From the NCBI GenBank assembly GCA_910584655.1, contig CAJUBJ010000005.1, positions 16,229-80,228 of the forward strand: a DNA stretch of 64,000 bases, written 5' to 3'. The first letter of the stretch is position 1. The number at the start of each line of letters is the position of its first letter. The DNA is from an uncultured Bacilli bacterium (GTDB lineage Bacteria > Bacillota_I > Bacilli_A > RF39 > UBA660). The position numbers were made by a program, and so were the translations under genes. Under the pieces are notes generated by a model. The model worked only from the letters and a program-made list of their open reading frames with translations, made no database searches and was not told the origin of the DNA. Of this stretch, positions 38,325 to 47,703 are shown piece by piece.

Positions 38325-39059
38325 ATGAAAGAACTAGAAAAAAATATTATAAAATTAGAAAAATCTTTATATCATAATAATCAAGAAATAACAGATTTTA
38401 ATAAAATAGATGTTCAAAAAAATCTCTTTTCATTAATAAGAGAATGTATTAAAGAAAAAAATTATATTGTTAATGTAGGAAGCTACGAATTTAACATAAA
38501 TCCATCTAATTTATCAGTAAAATATGAAAATGACGAAACAGTTGTTGAAATATCTAGTGAGGACGTTTATTATGAAACAACACGAGAAACAGAGGCTAGA
38601 TTCTTTGTTATTGCAGATGAAGACAAAGAAATATATCCAAGTGATTCAAAAGTAATAAAAGTAACAGGAATAGTAACAAATATTGATGGAATGTGTGATG
38701 AACATTATCAATTTGAACTATTTAATGATGACAATAATATAAAAAATTATTTATCATTAATTGATGGTGCAGAATATCAAGCTAAAGATATTGAAACCAA
38801 TAGTTCTGTTATAATAAGAAAAGAAATATTTATATCAAATCCAAGAACAGATGTAACAAACTTCTTTTCTAATTCAAATATTATTCCAGTAACATATAAT
38901 TTATATGAAGATAACTATGTAAAAAATATTGTAGAAAAAGAATATATTCCAAATAATTATAGTCTTTTAATACCTACATTAGATAAAGAAAAAAGCAATG
39001 TAAGCTTCTTATATAATTCCATAGTTGACTATTATACAGAATACTTAAATAAGAACTAA
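38325..39059 (+). CDS. Hypothetical cytoplasmic protein
   Basis: ORF with an AGGTGA RBS. No motif recognised. Confidence 0.5.
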   Translation: MKELEKNIIKLEKSLYHNNQEITDFNKIDVQKNLFSLIRECIKEKNYIVNVGSYEFNINPSNLSVKYENDETVVEISSEDVYYETTRETEARFFVIADEDKEIYPSDSKVIKVTGIVTNIDGMCDEHYQFELFNDDNNIKNYLSLIDGAEYQAKDIETNSSVIIRKEIFISNPRTDVTNFFSNSNIIPVTYNLYEDNYVKNIVEKEYIPNNYSLLIPTLDKEKSNVSFLYNSIVDYYTEYLNKN

Positions 39060-39128
39060 AAAAGTGTAAACTGCACTTTTTTTTATATCTAAAAAATAAT
39101 ATAATATTTTAGGAAAGAAGGTAATAAA

Positions 39129-40127
39129 ATGAATTTTATAGATCAAATTAAAGAAAGAGCCAAAAAAAATATCAAAACAATAATTCTCCCTGAAACAATG
39201 GATAAGAGAGTATTAAAAGCTGCAAGTATTTGTAATGAAGAAAATATTGCTAAAATAGTTTTAATTGGTAAAGAGGAAGAAATTAATAAATTAGCTGAAG
39301 AAGATAACATTAATTTATCAGGTATTGAAATTATTAACCCATTCACTAGCGAAAAAACAAATGAACTTGTTAATAAATTTTATGAATTAAGAAAATCTAA
39401 AGGTATTTCTATTGAAGAAGCTAAAGATATATTATTAAGCGACTATATGTATTATGCATGTATGTTAGTAAATGAAGGTTTAGCAGACGGTATAGTGTCA
39501 GGAGCATGTCACTCAACAGCTAACACATTACGTCCAGCTCTACAAATCGTTAAAACAGCTGAAGATGCTAAGCTAGTATCGGCATTCTTCTTAATGGTTG
39601 TTCCAAATTGTGAATATGGTTATAATGGCACTTTTGTTTTTGGTGACTCAGGATTAGAACAAAATCCAACACCAGAGCGTCTAGCTGCTATTGCTGCATC
39701 ATCTTCCGCTTCTTTTGAACTATTAACAGGGGAAAAAGCAGTTACTGCATTACTTTCACATTCAACTAAAGGTAGTGCTAAACATGCTGATGTTGACAAA
39801 GTTTTAGAGGCTGTAGATATTGCCAAAAAAGAATATCCTCAATATAACATTGATGGTGAATTACAATTAGATGCCGCTATTGTACCTGAAATAGCTGCTT
39901 CAAAAGCTCCAGATTCTAAAGTAGCAGGTCACGCTAATGTATTAATTTTTCCAGATTTAGATGCTGGTAATATTGGATATAAATTAGTTCAAAGACTAGC
40001 TAAAGCAGAAGCATATGGCCCAATAACTCAAGGTATAAGAAAACCAGTAAATGACTTGTCTAGGGGATGCAGTACAGAAGATATAGTAGGAGTAGTTGCT
40101 ATAACTTCAGTCCAAGCCAACAAATAA
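39129..40127 (+). CDS. pta: Phosphate acetyltransferase
   Basis: 332 aa. ..KTIILPETMDKRVLKAA.., ..DGIVSGACHSTANTLRPALQI.., ..SHSTKGSA.., ..GNIGYKLVQR.., ..PVNDLSRGCS... Confidence 0.92.
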   Translation: MNFIDQIKERAKKNIKTIILPETMDKRVLKAASICNEENIAKIVLIGKEEEINKLAEEDNINLSGIEIINPFTSEKTNELVNKFYELRKSKGISIEEAKDILLSDYMYYACMLVNEGLADGIVSGACHSTANTLRPALQIVKTAEDAKLVSAFFLMVVPNCEYGYNGTFVFGDSGLEQNPTPERLAAIAASSSASFELLTGEKAVTALLSHSTKGSAKHADVDKVLEAVDIAKKEYPQYNIDGELQLDAAIVPEIAASKAPDSKVAGHANVLIFPDLDAGNIGYKLVQRLAKAEAYGPITQGIRKPVNDLSRGCSTEDIVGVVAITSVQANK

Positions 40128-40139
40128 TGATTGCAAACA

Positions 40140-40167
40140 AAAAAGTGTTTTTCTAAACACTTTTTTA
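40140..40167. terminator. Bidirectional terminator between convergent genes
   Basis: 11-bp stem aaaaagtgttt/aaacacttttt, loop ttct. Confidence 0.75.
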
Positions 40168-41487
40168 ACTGATTAAATATAAAGTAACAGCTGTTAAAAT
40201 AATCGCAACTCCAACAATAAAAGCAATAACTTGAATAGTGCTAATAAATCCAGTATTATTTCCAGATTCTCTAACTAATTCTAACTTTTTTACATTTTCC
40301 TGTGCTTTTTCTAAGTCAACAGTTCCATTTGCAAGGGATTTCTTTTCTTCCAATTCTTTATTTTTATTTATTGCTTCTTGTTGTTTATCATTTATTTCTT
40401 TAACTGCATCACCATATTCTAATTCATACACATAACTTCTAAATCTATTTAACATATTACGTAACTCTTGAACTAAATAGTCTTCATAAAGAATTAAATC
40501 TCCTAAATAAGCATAATAAAGATTAACATTTCTTCTTTGTTCTTCACTTAAAGATACATCAGAATTTAAAAGTCTATAAAATTCATCATCAGGGATTAAT
40601 TTAGCCACTATATGCTCTGCATTATCTCTCTCAAACTTTTGTGTACTCAAATCATTATTAACACTACTTTCAAATCCAATATTTTCTTGTGTCTCTCCAA
40701 CTACATTAATGTCAGTACCAGTAATATTCTGACTATGATTTTCTACTACTAAATCTCCAAATTCATTCTTATCAAATGTTACAATACGATGCCCACTATC
40801 TATTGAATGATCAGCAATTATTGCAATATCATGTTCTTGATTTCCCATAACAGAATGCATTTTATCATCTTTATAATCTTCATTAATATTACGCATCTTA
40901 TTAGAAAAATCTTCAGAAGTAGTAGATTTAGCCATTAAACTTTCAGCTTGTTCAAGTTCAATACTATGTAATTTTCTATTAATTTCACTACATAATTCAT
41001 CTGGAGTAATATTTCTTCCTGGATTTTGAAATTTTAAAATATCATAAATTGCAAAAATATTAACATTTCTATCATTCTCAAATAAATGGTCTCTTCCCAT
41101 GCTATCAACAATATTAATAAATTCAGCATGTCCATTTTGATTAGTTCTACTAACAACACTAATATTGCTCATTAAAGGATTTTCTTGTTTTATAATTTCT
41201 ATCTTATCACTTAATAAATCATTTTTCTTATTTTCCATACCTCTTGAAGATAACATTACAGCGTGTAATCTAATAATTCTAAATATATCTTCTGAAGAAA
41301 AAACACTTAATGAAGCTGCAAATTGATTATCATCACTCATTAAATCATTAATATTAAATTTACTAATATCAACACTCTCACCATTATAAACTAAACTATT
41401 TCCATCTAAACTTAAATCTTTAAAACTCTCAGGATATTGTTCGTATAAATTAGCTAAAGTATTTCTATTTATTTCTATGATTTCCAT
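40165..41487 (-). CDS. 440-aa hypothetical protein with C-terminal (tail-anchor) TM helix
   Basis: Long ORF with a coiled-coil segment near the C-terminus, then FISTIQVIAFIVGVAIILTAVTLYLIS. No catalytic motif recognised. Confidence 0.55.
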   Translation of the reverse strand: MEIIEINRNTLANLYEQYPESFKDLSLDGNSLVYNGESVDISKFNINDLMSDDNQFAASLSVFSSEDIFRIIRLHAVMLSSRGMENKKNDLLSDKIEIIKQENPLMSNISVVSRTNQNGHAEFINIVDSMGRDHLFENDRNVNIFAIYDILKFQNPGRNITPDELCSEINRKLHSIELEQAESLMAKSTTSEDFSNKMRNINEDYKDDKMHSVMGNQEHDIAIIADHSIDSGHRIVTFDKNEFGDLVVENHSQNITGTDINVVGETQENIGFESSVNNDLSTQKFERDNAEHIVAKLIPDDEFYRLLNSDVSLSEEQRRNVNLYYAYLGDLILYEDYLVQELRNMLNRFRSYVYELEYGDAVKEINDKQQEAINKNKELEEKKSLANGTVDLEKAQENVKKLELVRESGNNTGFISTIQVIAFIVGVAIILTAVTLYLIS

Positions 41488-41570
41488 ATCATCACCCTAT
41501 AATAATAGTATCAAATAATTTCCATATTTTCAAACAATTATAAATGATGTATAATAGGTGCGTGATGATT

Positions 41571-42866
41571 ATGAAAAAAGAACTTAATGAACAATTTATT
41601 ATAGATTTATCAAAAAAGAAGAATGAACCAGCTTGGATGTTAGAATTTAGATTAAAATCTTACGCTAAATTTAAAGAATTAGATAATCCAACATTTGGTC
41701 CTAAATTAGAATTAGATTTCGATAATATAACTTATTATAAAGGTACTGAGGAAAAAATAACTAATGATTGGAAAAAAGTTAATTGCAGTATTCGTAATAG
41801 TTTTGATGAATTAGGAGTTATAGATGCTGAAAAAAAATATTTAGGTGGTGTTACTAATCAATATGAAAGTGAAGTAGTATATCACAATCAAACTATTACT
41901 GATGAGGGAATTATCTTTACGTCTACAGATGATGCCTTACAAAAATATCCAGAACTATTTAAACAATATTTTAATCATTTAGTTAATTATGCTGAAAATA
42001 AATATACTGCCTTAAATGGAGCTGTATGGAGTGGTGGATCATTTATTTATATTCCTAAAGGGGTAAAAGTTGATCGCCCTTTACAAAGTTATTTTCGTAT
42101 TGAAACAGAATCACTTGGACAGTTTGAAAGAACTATTATCATTGTTGATGAGGGAGCAGATTTAAGTTATATTGAGGGCTGTACAGCAAAAGAATATAGT
42201 GTTACATCTCTACATGCTGGTGTTGTAGAAATTTTTATCAAGAAAAATGCTCACTGTCGCTACTCAACTATTCAAAATTGGTCAACTGATGTCTATAACT
42301 TAGTTACTAAACGTGCTATAGTTGATGATTATGGTTTAATGGAATGGGTTGATGGTAACATTGGTAGCAAAATAACAATGAAATATCCTTCATGTATCTT
42401 AAAAGGAGAAGGAGCAACTGGAAATTCAATCTCTATAGCTTATGCCAAAGAGGGCCAAGAACTTGATGCAGGAGCAAAAATGATTCACTTAGGTCCAAAC
42501 ACTAAGAGTAACATAGTAAGTAAATCAATTGCTGAAAAGGGTGGTGTAAGCAATTATCGTGGACTAACAAAAATCAGTAAGAACGCTATTAATAGTAAAG
42601 CAAGTATAAAATGCGATACAATTTTATTAGATGATATTTCAAGAAGTGATACTTTTCCTACAAACATTTTAGGAAATAATAGTAGTGTTTTAGAACATGA
42701 AGCAACTATTTCTAAAGTATCAGCTGAAAAAATGTTTTATTTAACGAGTAAAGGTTTAAGTGAAGATATGGCTAAAGAATTACTTATTATGGGTTTCATA
42801 AGTGATTTCAAAAAAGAACTTCCTATGGAATATGCTGTAGAATTAAATCGTTTACTAAAAGAATAA
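41571..42866 (+). CDS. sufB: Fe-S cluster assembly scaffold protein SufB
   Basis: ..EPAWMLEFRLKSY..F...NPTFGP.., ..FERTIIIVDEGADLSYIEGCTA.., ..HLGPNTKSNIVSKSI.., ..EHEATISKVSAEKMFYLTSKGLSE... Start set at the ATG after AGGTG. Confidence 0.85.
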   Translation: MKKELNEQFIIDLSKKKNEPAWMLEFRLKSYAKFKELDNPTFGPKLELDFDNITYYKGTEEKITNDWKKVNCSIRNSFDELGVIDAEKKYLGGVTNQYESEVVYHNQTITDEGIIFTSTDDALQKYPELFKQYFNHLVNYAENKYTALNGAVWSGGSFIYIPKGVKVDRPLQSYFRIETESLGQFERTIIIVDEGADLSYIEGCTAKEYSVTSLHAGVVEIFIKKNAHCRYSTIQNWSTDVYNLVTKRAIVDDYGLMEWVDGNIGSKITMKYPSCILKGEGATGNSISIAYAKEGQELDAGAKMIHLGPNTKSNIVSKSIAEKGGVSNYRGLTKISKNAINSKASIKCDTILLDDISRSDTFPTNILGNNSSVLEHEATISKVSAEKMFYLTSKGLSEDMAKELLIMGFISDFKKELPMEYAVELNRLLKE

Positions 42867-42889
42867 AAAATACCCAAAAAAATTGAAAA

Positions 42890-42924
42890 GGGCTATAAAA
42901 TGAATTTTTATAGCTCTTTTTTTA
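42890..42924 (+). terminator. Rho-independent terminator
   Basis: Stem gggctataaaa/ttttatagctc (one G-U pair), 5-nt loop, T7. Confidence 0.75.
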
Positions 42925-42999
42925 TTAAAAAAAATTTTACCTCTTAGTCAAACAAATTTTTTACCTTCAAAATCTTCATAAAAAAAGAAAAATACTGAT

Positions 43000-43028
43000 T
43001 TGAATTATATTTGAAGTGTTGCTAATAT
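43000..43028 (+). promoter_or_regulatory. Candidate sigma-A promoter for ssb
   Basis: TTGAAT, 17-nt spacer, TAATAT. RBS AAGGAGG is 12 nt downstream. Confidence 0.5.
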
Positions 43029-43052
43029 CTATTTCGAAAGGAGGAAAAGTAA

Positions 43053-43400
43053 ATGCTTAATCAAGTAGTTTTAGTTGGACGTCTAACTGATGATCTAGAA
43101 ATAACAGAAACAGATAACGGAAAAAAAGTTACAACTATGATTCTTGCAGTTCAACGTTCATTTAAAAATAGTGAGGGAATTTATGAAGCAGATTTCATAA
43201 AATGTACATTATGGAATGCCATTGCATCAAGTACTAGTGAATATTGTAAAAAAGGAGATATTATTGGATTAAAAGGACGAATACAAGTTACAAACTATAC
43301 AGATAATGATGGAGCTAAAAAATATTCTACTGAAGTAATTGCTGAAAAAGTAACATTTTTATCATCCAAACCACTCGACGAAGAAAAAAGTGATAATTAA
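43053..43400 (+). CDS. ssb: Single-stranded DNA-binding protein, short form without canonical acidic-tip tail (SsbB-like)
   Basis: OB fold MLNQVVLVGRLTDDLEI...FIKCTLWN... 115 aa. It ends ..LDEEKSDN rather than D-D-D-[IL]-P-F. Confidence 0.85.
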   Translation: MLNQVVLVGRLTDDLEITETDNGKKVTTMILAVQRSFKNSEGIYEADFIKCTLWNAIASSTSEYCKKGDIIGLKGRIQVTNYTDNDGAKKYSTEVIAEKVTFLSSKPLDEEKSDN

Positions 43401-43404
43401 ATAA

Positions 43405-43435
43405 AAAAGAATTAAAAATATCTTTAATTCTTTTA
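43405..43435. terminator. Bidirectional terminator between convergent genes
   Basis: 10-bp stem aagaattaaa/tttaattctt, 6-nt loop, A/T runs on both sides. Confidence 0.7.
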
Positions 43436-44434
43436 ACTATTAGTTTTAAAAGTTAGTTCATCTAAAATAAATGTTGGATTAACTTTTTTTAGTACACCAA
43501 TTCTATTTTCTTTATATGTATTTCTTCTGTTTGAACATTTCTTTTCGATTTCATCTTGTAGTAAAATAAAATGTTTTAGTATTCTATTTCTAATACCTTC
43601 TTCTTTAGGAATAGTAATCATACCAAGTTGTGTCATTACAAGAGGTATAACATTAGCTAATCTATCATCATAATTTTCACTTTGTATAATAGACTCATTA
43701 CATGCATCTTCATATAAATCAGAATACATTAAACATAACATATATTGCTTATAAGCTGATTTAGTTCTCTGATCAAAACCTAATTTATCTAATTCTCCTA
43801 ATGGATCAAAATTATCAGTAAAGAATTTCCAAGTATAATTTAAAGCATCAATATCTGGATATGCATTAGATATATAGAAGTTGTAAAGATTACATATTAC
43901 ATTTCTTAACAATTCATTTAAAGTAATAACATTTTCTTCAATTCCTAAAGTTTCTAATTTAAGCAATGTACTTTGATCATTATTTGCAAATATCTTTTTT
44001 CTTTTTTCCATATATAAAGTTTCATTAGTTATACAATGAATATAAGCCTCAATTGTTTCTCTACCAAATTCATCGTCTTCTTGAAACATTTCTATAATAT
44101 CATCTATTGTATGTGTTTTAAGATAATCAACCAATTTTTTATTTTTATTATCATAATTGTAAATAAAATATTTACTAGTTAAAAAACCAACTATATTAGC
44201 TAATGGAATATCAAATTCATCACAATTATCTTTTATATACCAATAAACCTCATCTTGTATCATTTCATCATTAATATCATCAGCATAAAAAGTTATAACT
44301 TCTTTATCACTTGCTTCAAGTCCATCAGCATTCATACACAAATTTTCTATTTCTTCTTCAGACATACCATTTAATGAACATAAATTACAATAAAAATCAA
44401 CCAATATCTCATTTAAAAAACTTTCAATTTTCAT
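43433..44434 (-). CDS. Hypothetical cytoplasmic protein (333 aa)
   Basis: Long ORF, acidic and helical. No motif recognised. Confidence 0.5.
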   Translation of the reverse strand: MKIESFLNEILVDFYCNLCSLNGMSEEEIENLCMNADGLEASDKEVITFYADDINDEMIQDEVYWYIKDNCDEFDIPLANIVGFLTSKYFIYNYDNKNKKLVDYLKTHTIDDIIEMFQEDDEFGRETIEAYIHCITNETLYMEKRKKIFANNDQSTLLKLETLGIEENVITLNELLRNVICNLYNFYISNAYPDIDALNYTWKFFTDNFDPLGELDKLGFDQRTKSAYKQYMLCLMYSDLYEDACNESIIQSENYDDRLANVIPLVMTQLGMITIPKEEGIRNRILKHFILLQDEIEKKCSNRRNTYKENRIGVLKKVNPTFILDELTFKTNS

Positions 44435-44507
44435 AATAAACCACCCGTTAGTAAATTATTATATAAAAAAACATCTATAAAATAAAGTAAAACATATAAT
44501 TAAATAG

Positions 44508-45293
44508 GTGATTATTATAAAAAAATTTTTTGAGTACATAGGCATTATTGGTATATGTTTATTAAGTTTTTATTATACAGAGAAAGTTGCATTATATGTT
44601 AAAAACAAAAATCCTATAATGAAATCAATCAAAGATTTAAAAGACACTTTAGATGTTGGATACATTGATAGTACAATTATTGACGATATATATATTATTC
44701 CTGGTTTAAATGGTCAGGAATTAAATGCTAATAGATCGTTTTCTAATATGCAAGAGAAGAGTGTTTATGACAAATCTAAATTAGTCTTTAATGAGGTAAG
44801 ACCAGTTATAAGTATTGAGGATAATAAAGACAAAATTATAATTAGAGGGAATAAAGAAAAGAATAGTGTTTCATTGATTTTTGAAAATGTAAATAATCTA
44901 TCCAAATATCTTCATCAAAATAATTATAAAGTAAATGTTTTAATAAATAGTGAAGATTATGATTTAAACTATGAACTAATAAATGATTCAAATAGTGATA
45001 AAATATATAATAATATCGAAACATTCCTAACTAAAAACAAGGTTAATAAAAATATATGTTATATAAAAAGCGATGAAATACCTAAAAATTGCAAAAATAA
45101 ATATCTTTTTAAACCTTCTTTAATTATTAATCATTCCAATATTAGTACAGAAAAAAATAAAATATCAAGTGGTGAAATAATATTAATTAAAGATTCTATA
45201 ACCTTAACAGAACTAAATATTATATTAAATCAAATAAAATATCAAGATTTAAAAATAGTTCCATTATCAGAATTAATATCAGAAAATAATTAA
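44508..45293 (+). CDS. N-terminally anchored hypothetical protein
   Basis: GTG start with an uncertain RBS. TM helix YIGIIGICLLSFYY. The segment NSVSLIFENVNNLSKYL faintly resembles a degenerate NodB (polysaccharide deacetylase) motif 1. Not assigned. Confidence 0.45.
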   Translation: MIIIKKFFEYIGIIGICLLSFYYTEKVALYVKNKNPIMKSIKDLKDTLDVGYIDSTIIDDIYIIPGLNGQELNANRSFSNMQEKSVYDKSKLVFNEVRPVISIEDNKDKIIIRGNKEKNSVSLIFENVNNLSKYLHQNNYKVNVLINSEDYDLNYELINDSNSDKIYNNIETFLTKNKVNKNICYIKSDEIPKNCKNKYLFKPSLIINHSNISTEKNKISSGEIILIKDSITLTELNIILNQIKYQDLKIVPLSELISENN

Positions 45294-45333
45294 TATATTA
45301 AACATTCTCTCATTTCTTAATTATCAATAACAA

Positions 45334-45362
45334 TTGAAAAATAATACTATTTCTGTTATAAT
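45334..45362 (+). promoter_or_regulatory. Sigma-A-type promoter for the RNase J gene
   Basis: TTGAAA, exact 17-nt spacer, TATAAT. Confidence 0.55.
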
Positions 45363-45428
45363 TACCTAGACACAAGCCTTTTTTAGAAAAAAATAAAAGA
45401 AAATAAATATTAGAAAAGAGATGTTTTT

Positions 45429-47066
45429 ATGTGTAATATAAAAATTTTTAGTCTTGGTGGACTAGATGAAATGGGTAAGAATTGTTATTGTGTAGAGATT
45501 GATAAAGATATTTTTGTTTTTGATTGTGGACTTAAGTATGCTAATGAAAATTTATATGGAATAGATTATATTATTCCAGATTTTGAATATTTAATAAAAA
45601 ATAAAAATCGTATTAAAGGTGTATTCTTAACTCATGGTCATTATGAAAATATGGGAGCAACTAAGGATTTGTTAAAAGAGATTCCAAGTATAAAAGCTTA
45701 TGCAACAAAGTTTACAAAATATGTTTTAACTAATGATGGAATAGATGCATCTAGAATAGTAGAAATTACGCCTCACAAAAAGATTAACTTTGGTCCAGTA
45801 AGTATTTTCCCGATAAATGTTAATCATTCAGCACCAGATTCAGTTATGTTTGTTATTAATACTAAAGATGGAGCTATAGTTTATACAGGCGACTTTATTG
45901 TCGATCCTAAAATGATGAATAAATTTTCTATGGATTTAGGCAAAATAGCTTATATTGGTAAGCAAGGTGTTTTAGCTCTTTTATGTGAATCAGTTTTTTC
46001 TGAACGAATTGGACATACTTCTCCATCTCATAGGCTAACTTCATTCTTTAAAGATTCTATTAAACATCATGAAAATAGAATGATTTTCGCTGTTTTACCA
46101 ACTCATATCTATACAATTCAAGAAATCTTCGATGCTGCAGCAAATACTCATCGTAAAATTGTAATTATGGGAAAGAATCTACAAAATATTATTAATTTTT
46201 CAAAAAAAGAAGGATATCTAAATTTTGCCGATAATACTCTTGGAGATTTATCTAACATTGATGATAAAGATTCAATATTATTAGTTCAAGATAGTAAAGA
46301 AAACCCATATGCTTCAATAAGCAAAATTATTAATGGTTATGATAAATTTATTAAACTAAAGAAAACTGACACAGTAGTTTTTGCTGAACCCAAATATGAT
46401 AGTAGTGAAAAAACATTAGTAAAAGTTGAAAATGATTTAGCTACAAATGGTTGTGATATTATAACTGTTCCTAAGGAAAAAACAATTTTACACCATGCAT
46501 CATCTGAAGACTTAATGATTATGATAGATTTATTAAAGCCAAAATACTATATGCCAGTAAAAGGTGAATATCGTTATATGGTTAACAATGCCAATATAGC
46601 AGCAGAATTAAAAATGCCACGTGAAAATATTTTACTAAAGCAAAATGGTGATGTTGTTGAAATAAATAATGGTAAACTTAATCTAGAATGTTTTGACCAT
46701 ATAAAAGTCAATGATATTTTAATAGATGGTAATAGTACAGAAGATGTTGGTGAATTAGTTATTAAGGATCGTGAAATGTTATCTGAAAATGGTATTGTGT
46801 TAATTAGTGCTACAATAAGTAAAAAAGACAAAGTAATACTAGTTGGTCCAGAAGTAACTACAAGAGGATTTATATATGTAAAAGATTCATCAGAAATGAT
46901 AGAAGAAATAAAAAAAGTTTCACTTAACATTATTGAAAGAAATATTTCAGAAAATTATGTTGAATATAACAAAATAAAGAATGAAATAAGGGAAGAATTA
47001 GGCAAATATTTATATCATGAAACAGAATGTAAACCAATGATTATTGCTGTCGTTCAAGAAGTTTAA
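45429..47066 (+). CDS. Ribonuclease J family protein (beta-CASP metallo-beta-lactamase) with degenerate metal-ligand motifs
   Basis: IKIFSLGGLDEMGKNCY.., NHSAPDS, YTGDF, C-terminal domain collinear with RNase J. Motif 2 reads HGHYEN (canonical HGHEDH) and beta-CASP motif C reads PVKGE (canonical PVHGE). Confidence 0.85.
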   Translation: MCNIKIFSLGGLDEMGKNCYCVEIDKDIFVFDCGLKYANENLYGIDYIIPDFEYLIKNKNRIKGVFLTHGHYENMGATKDLLKEIPSIKAYATKFTKYVLTNDGIDASRIVEITPHKKINFGPVSIFPINVNHSAPDSVMFVINTKDGAIVYTGDFIVDPKMMNKFSMDLGKIAYIGKQGVLALLCESVFSERIGHTSPSHRLTSFFKDSIKHHENRMIFAVLPTHIYTIQEIFDAAANTHRKIVIMGKNLQNIINFSKKEGYLNFADNTLGDLSNIDDKDSILLVQDSKENPYASISKIINGYDKFIKLKKTDTVVFAEPKYDSSEKTLVKVENDLATNGCDIITVPKEKTILHHASSEDLMIMIDLLKPKYYMPVKGEYRYMVNNANIAAELKMPRENILLKQNGDVVEINNGKLNLECFDHIKVNDILIDGNSTEDVGELVIKDREMLSENGIVLISATISKKDKVILVGPEVTTRGFIYVKDSSEMIEEIKKVSLNIIERNISENYVEYNKIKNEIREELGKYLYHETECKPMIIAVVQEV

Positions 47067-47085
47067 TTATAAACTTCTTTTTTTA
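47056..47085 (+). terminator. Rho-independent terminator
   Basis: 9-bp stem aagaagttt/aaacttctt with the stop codon in the loop, then T7. Confidence 0.75.
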
Positions 47086-47129
47086 CGTATAAATATGTTT
47101 AACAAACCTATACTAATACTGGTGATAAA

Positions 47130-47558
47130 ATGAATAAGGATACAGAACTTTTAAATTATATTTATCAAAATGCTAAAATGGGAATAATTGGCATAGATAA
47201 TATAAAAAATGAAATAGAAAGTGAAGAACTTTTAGCAGTTATTCGTGAACAACAAAAAGATTATTATGAAATTTGTAATCAAGCCACAAAAATGATGTTA
47301 GAAAATAATGAAGACATTAAAGATATTAGTAGTATTGCTAAACTTATGACATATTTTGATGCAAAACTAAATACATTTGATAATAAATCTAATACAAATA
47401 TAGCTAAAATGATGATGAAAGGTAGCAATAAAGGCATTATAGAAATTCAAGAGAAATTAAACAATTATAAAGGAGCGGATAAAAAAGCCATTTCTCTAGC
47501 CAAAGACCTTCTTCGTATTGAAAAAAGAAACTTAGATAATTTAAAAAAATTTTTATAA
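47130..47558 (+). CDS. Small helical hypothetical protein
   Basis: 142-aa ORF with a GGTGA RBS. No motif recognised. Confidence 0.5.
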   Translation: MNKDTELLNYIYQNAKMGIIGIDNIKNEIESEELLAVIREQQKDYYEICNQATKMMLENNEDIKDISSIAKLMTYFDAKLNTFDNKSNTNIAKMMMKGSNKGIIEIQEKLNNYKGADKKAISLAKDLLRIEKRNLDNLKKFL

Positions 47559-47559
47559 A

Positions 47560-47592
47560 AAAACTTTAGAATCCACATTCTAAAGTTTTTTG
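47560..47592 (+). terminator. Rho-independent terminator
   Basis: 12-bp stem aaactttagaat/attctaaagttt, loop ccac, T-run. Confidence 0.8.
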
Positions 47593-47703
47593 TTGAAAAT
47601 CGTCTTTTATATTAACTTCATTAATGATATAATGTATATAATACAAAATGCAATACAAAAAATAATACATAAAGTAATATAGGATTAACATTGGAGGTTA
47701 AGT

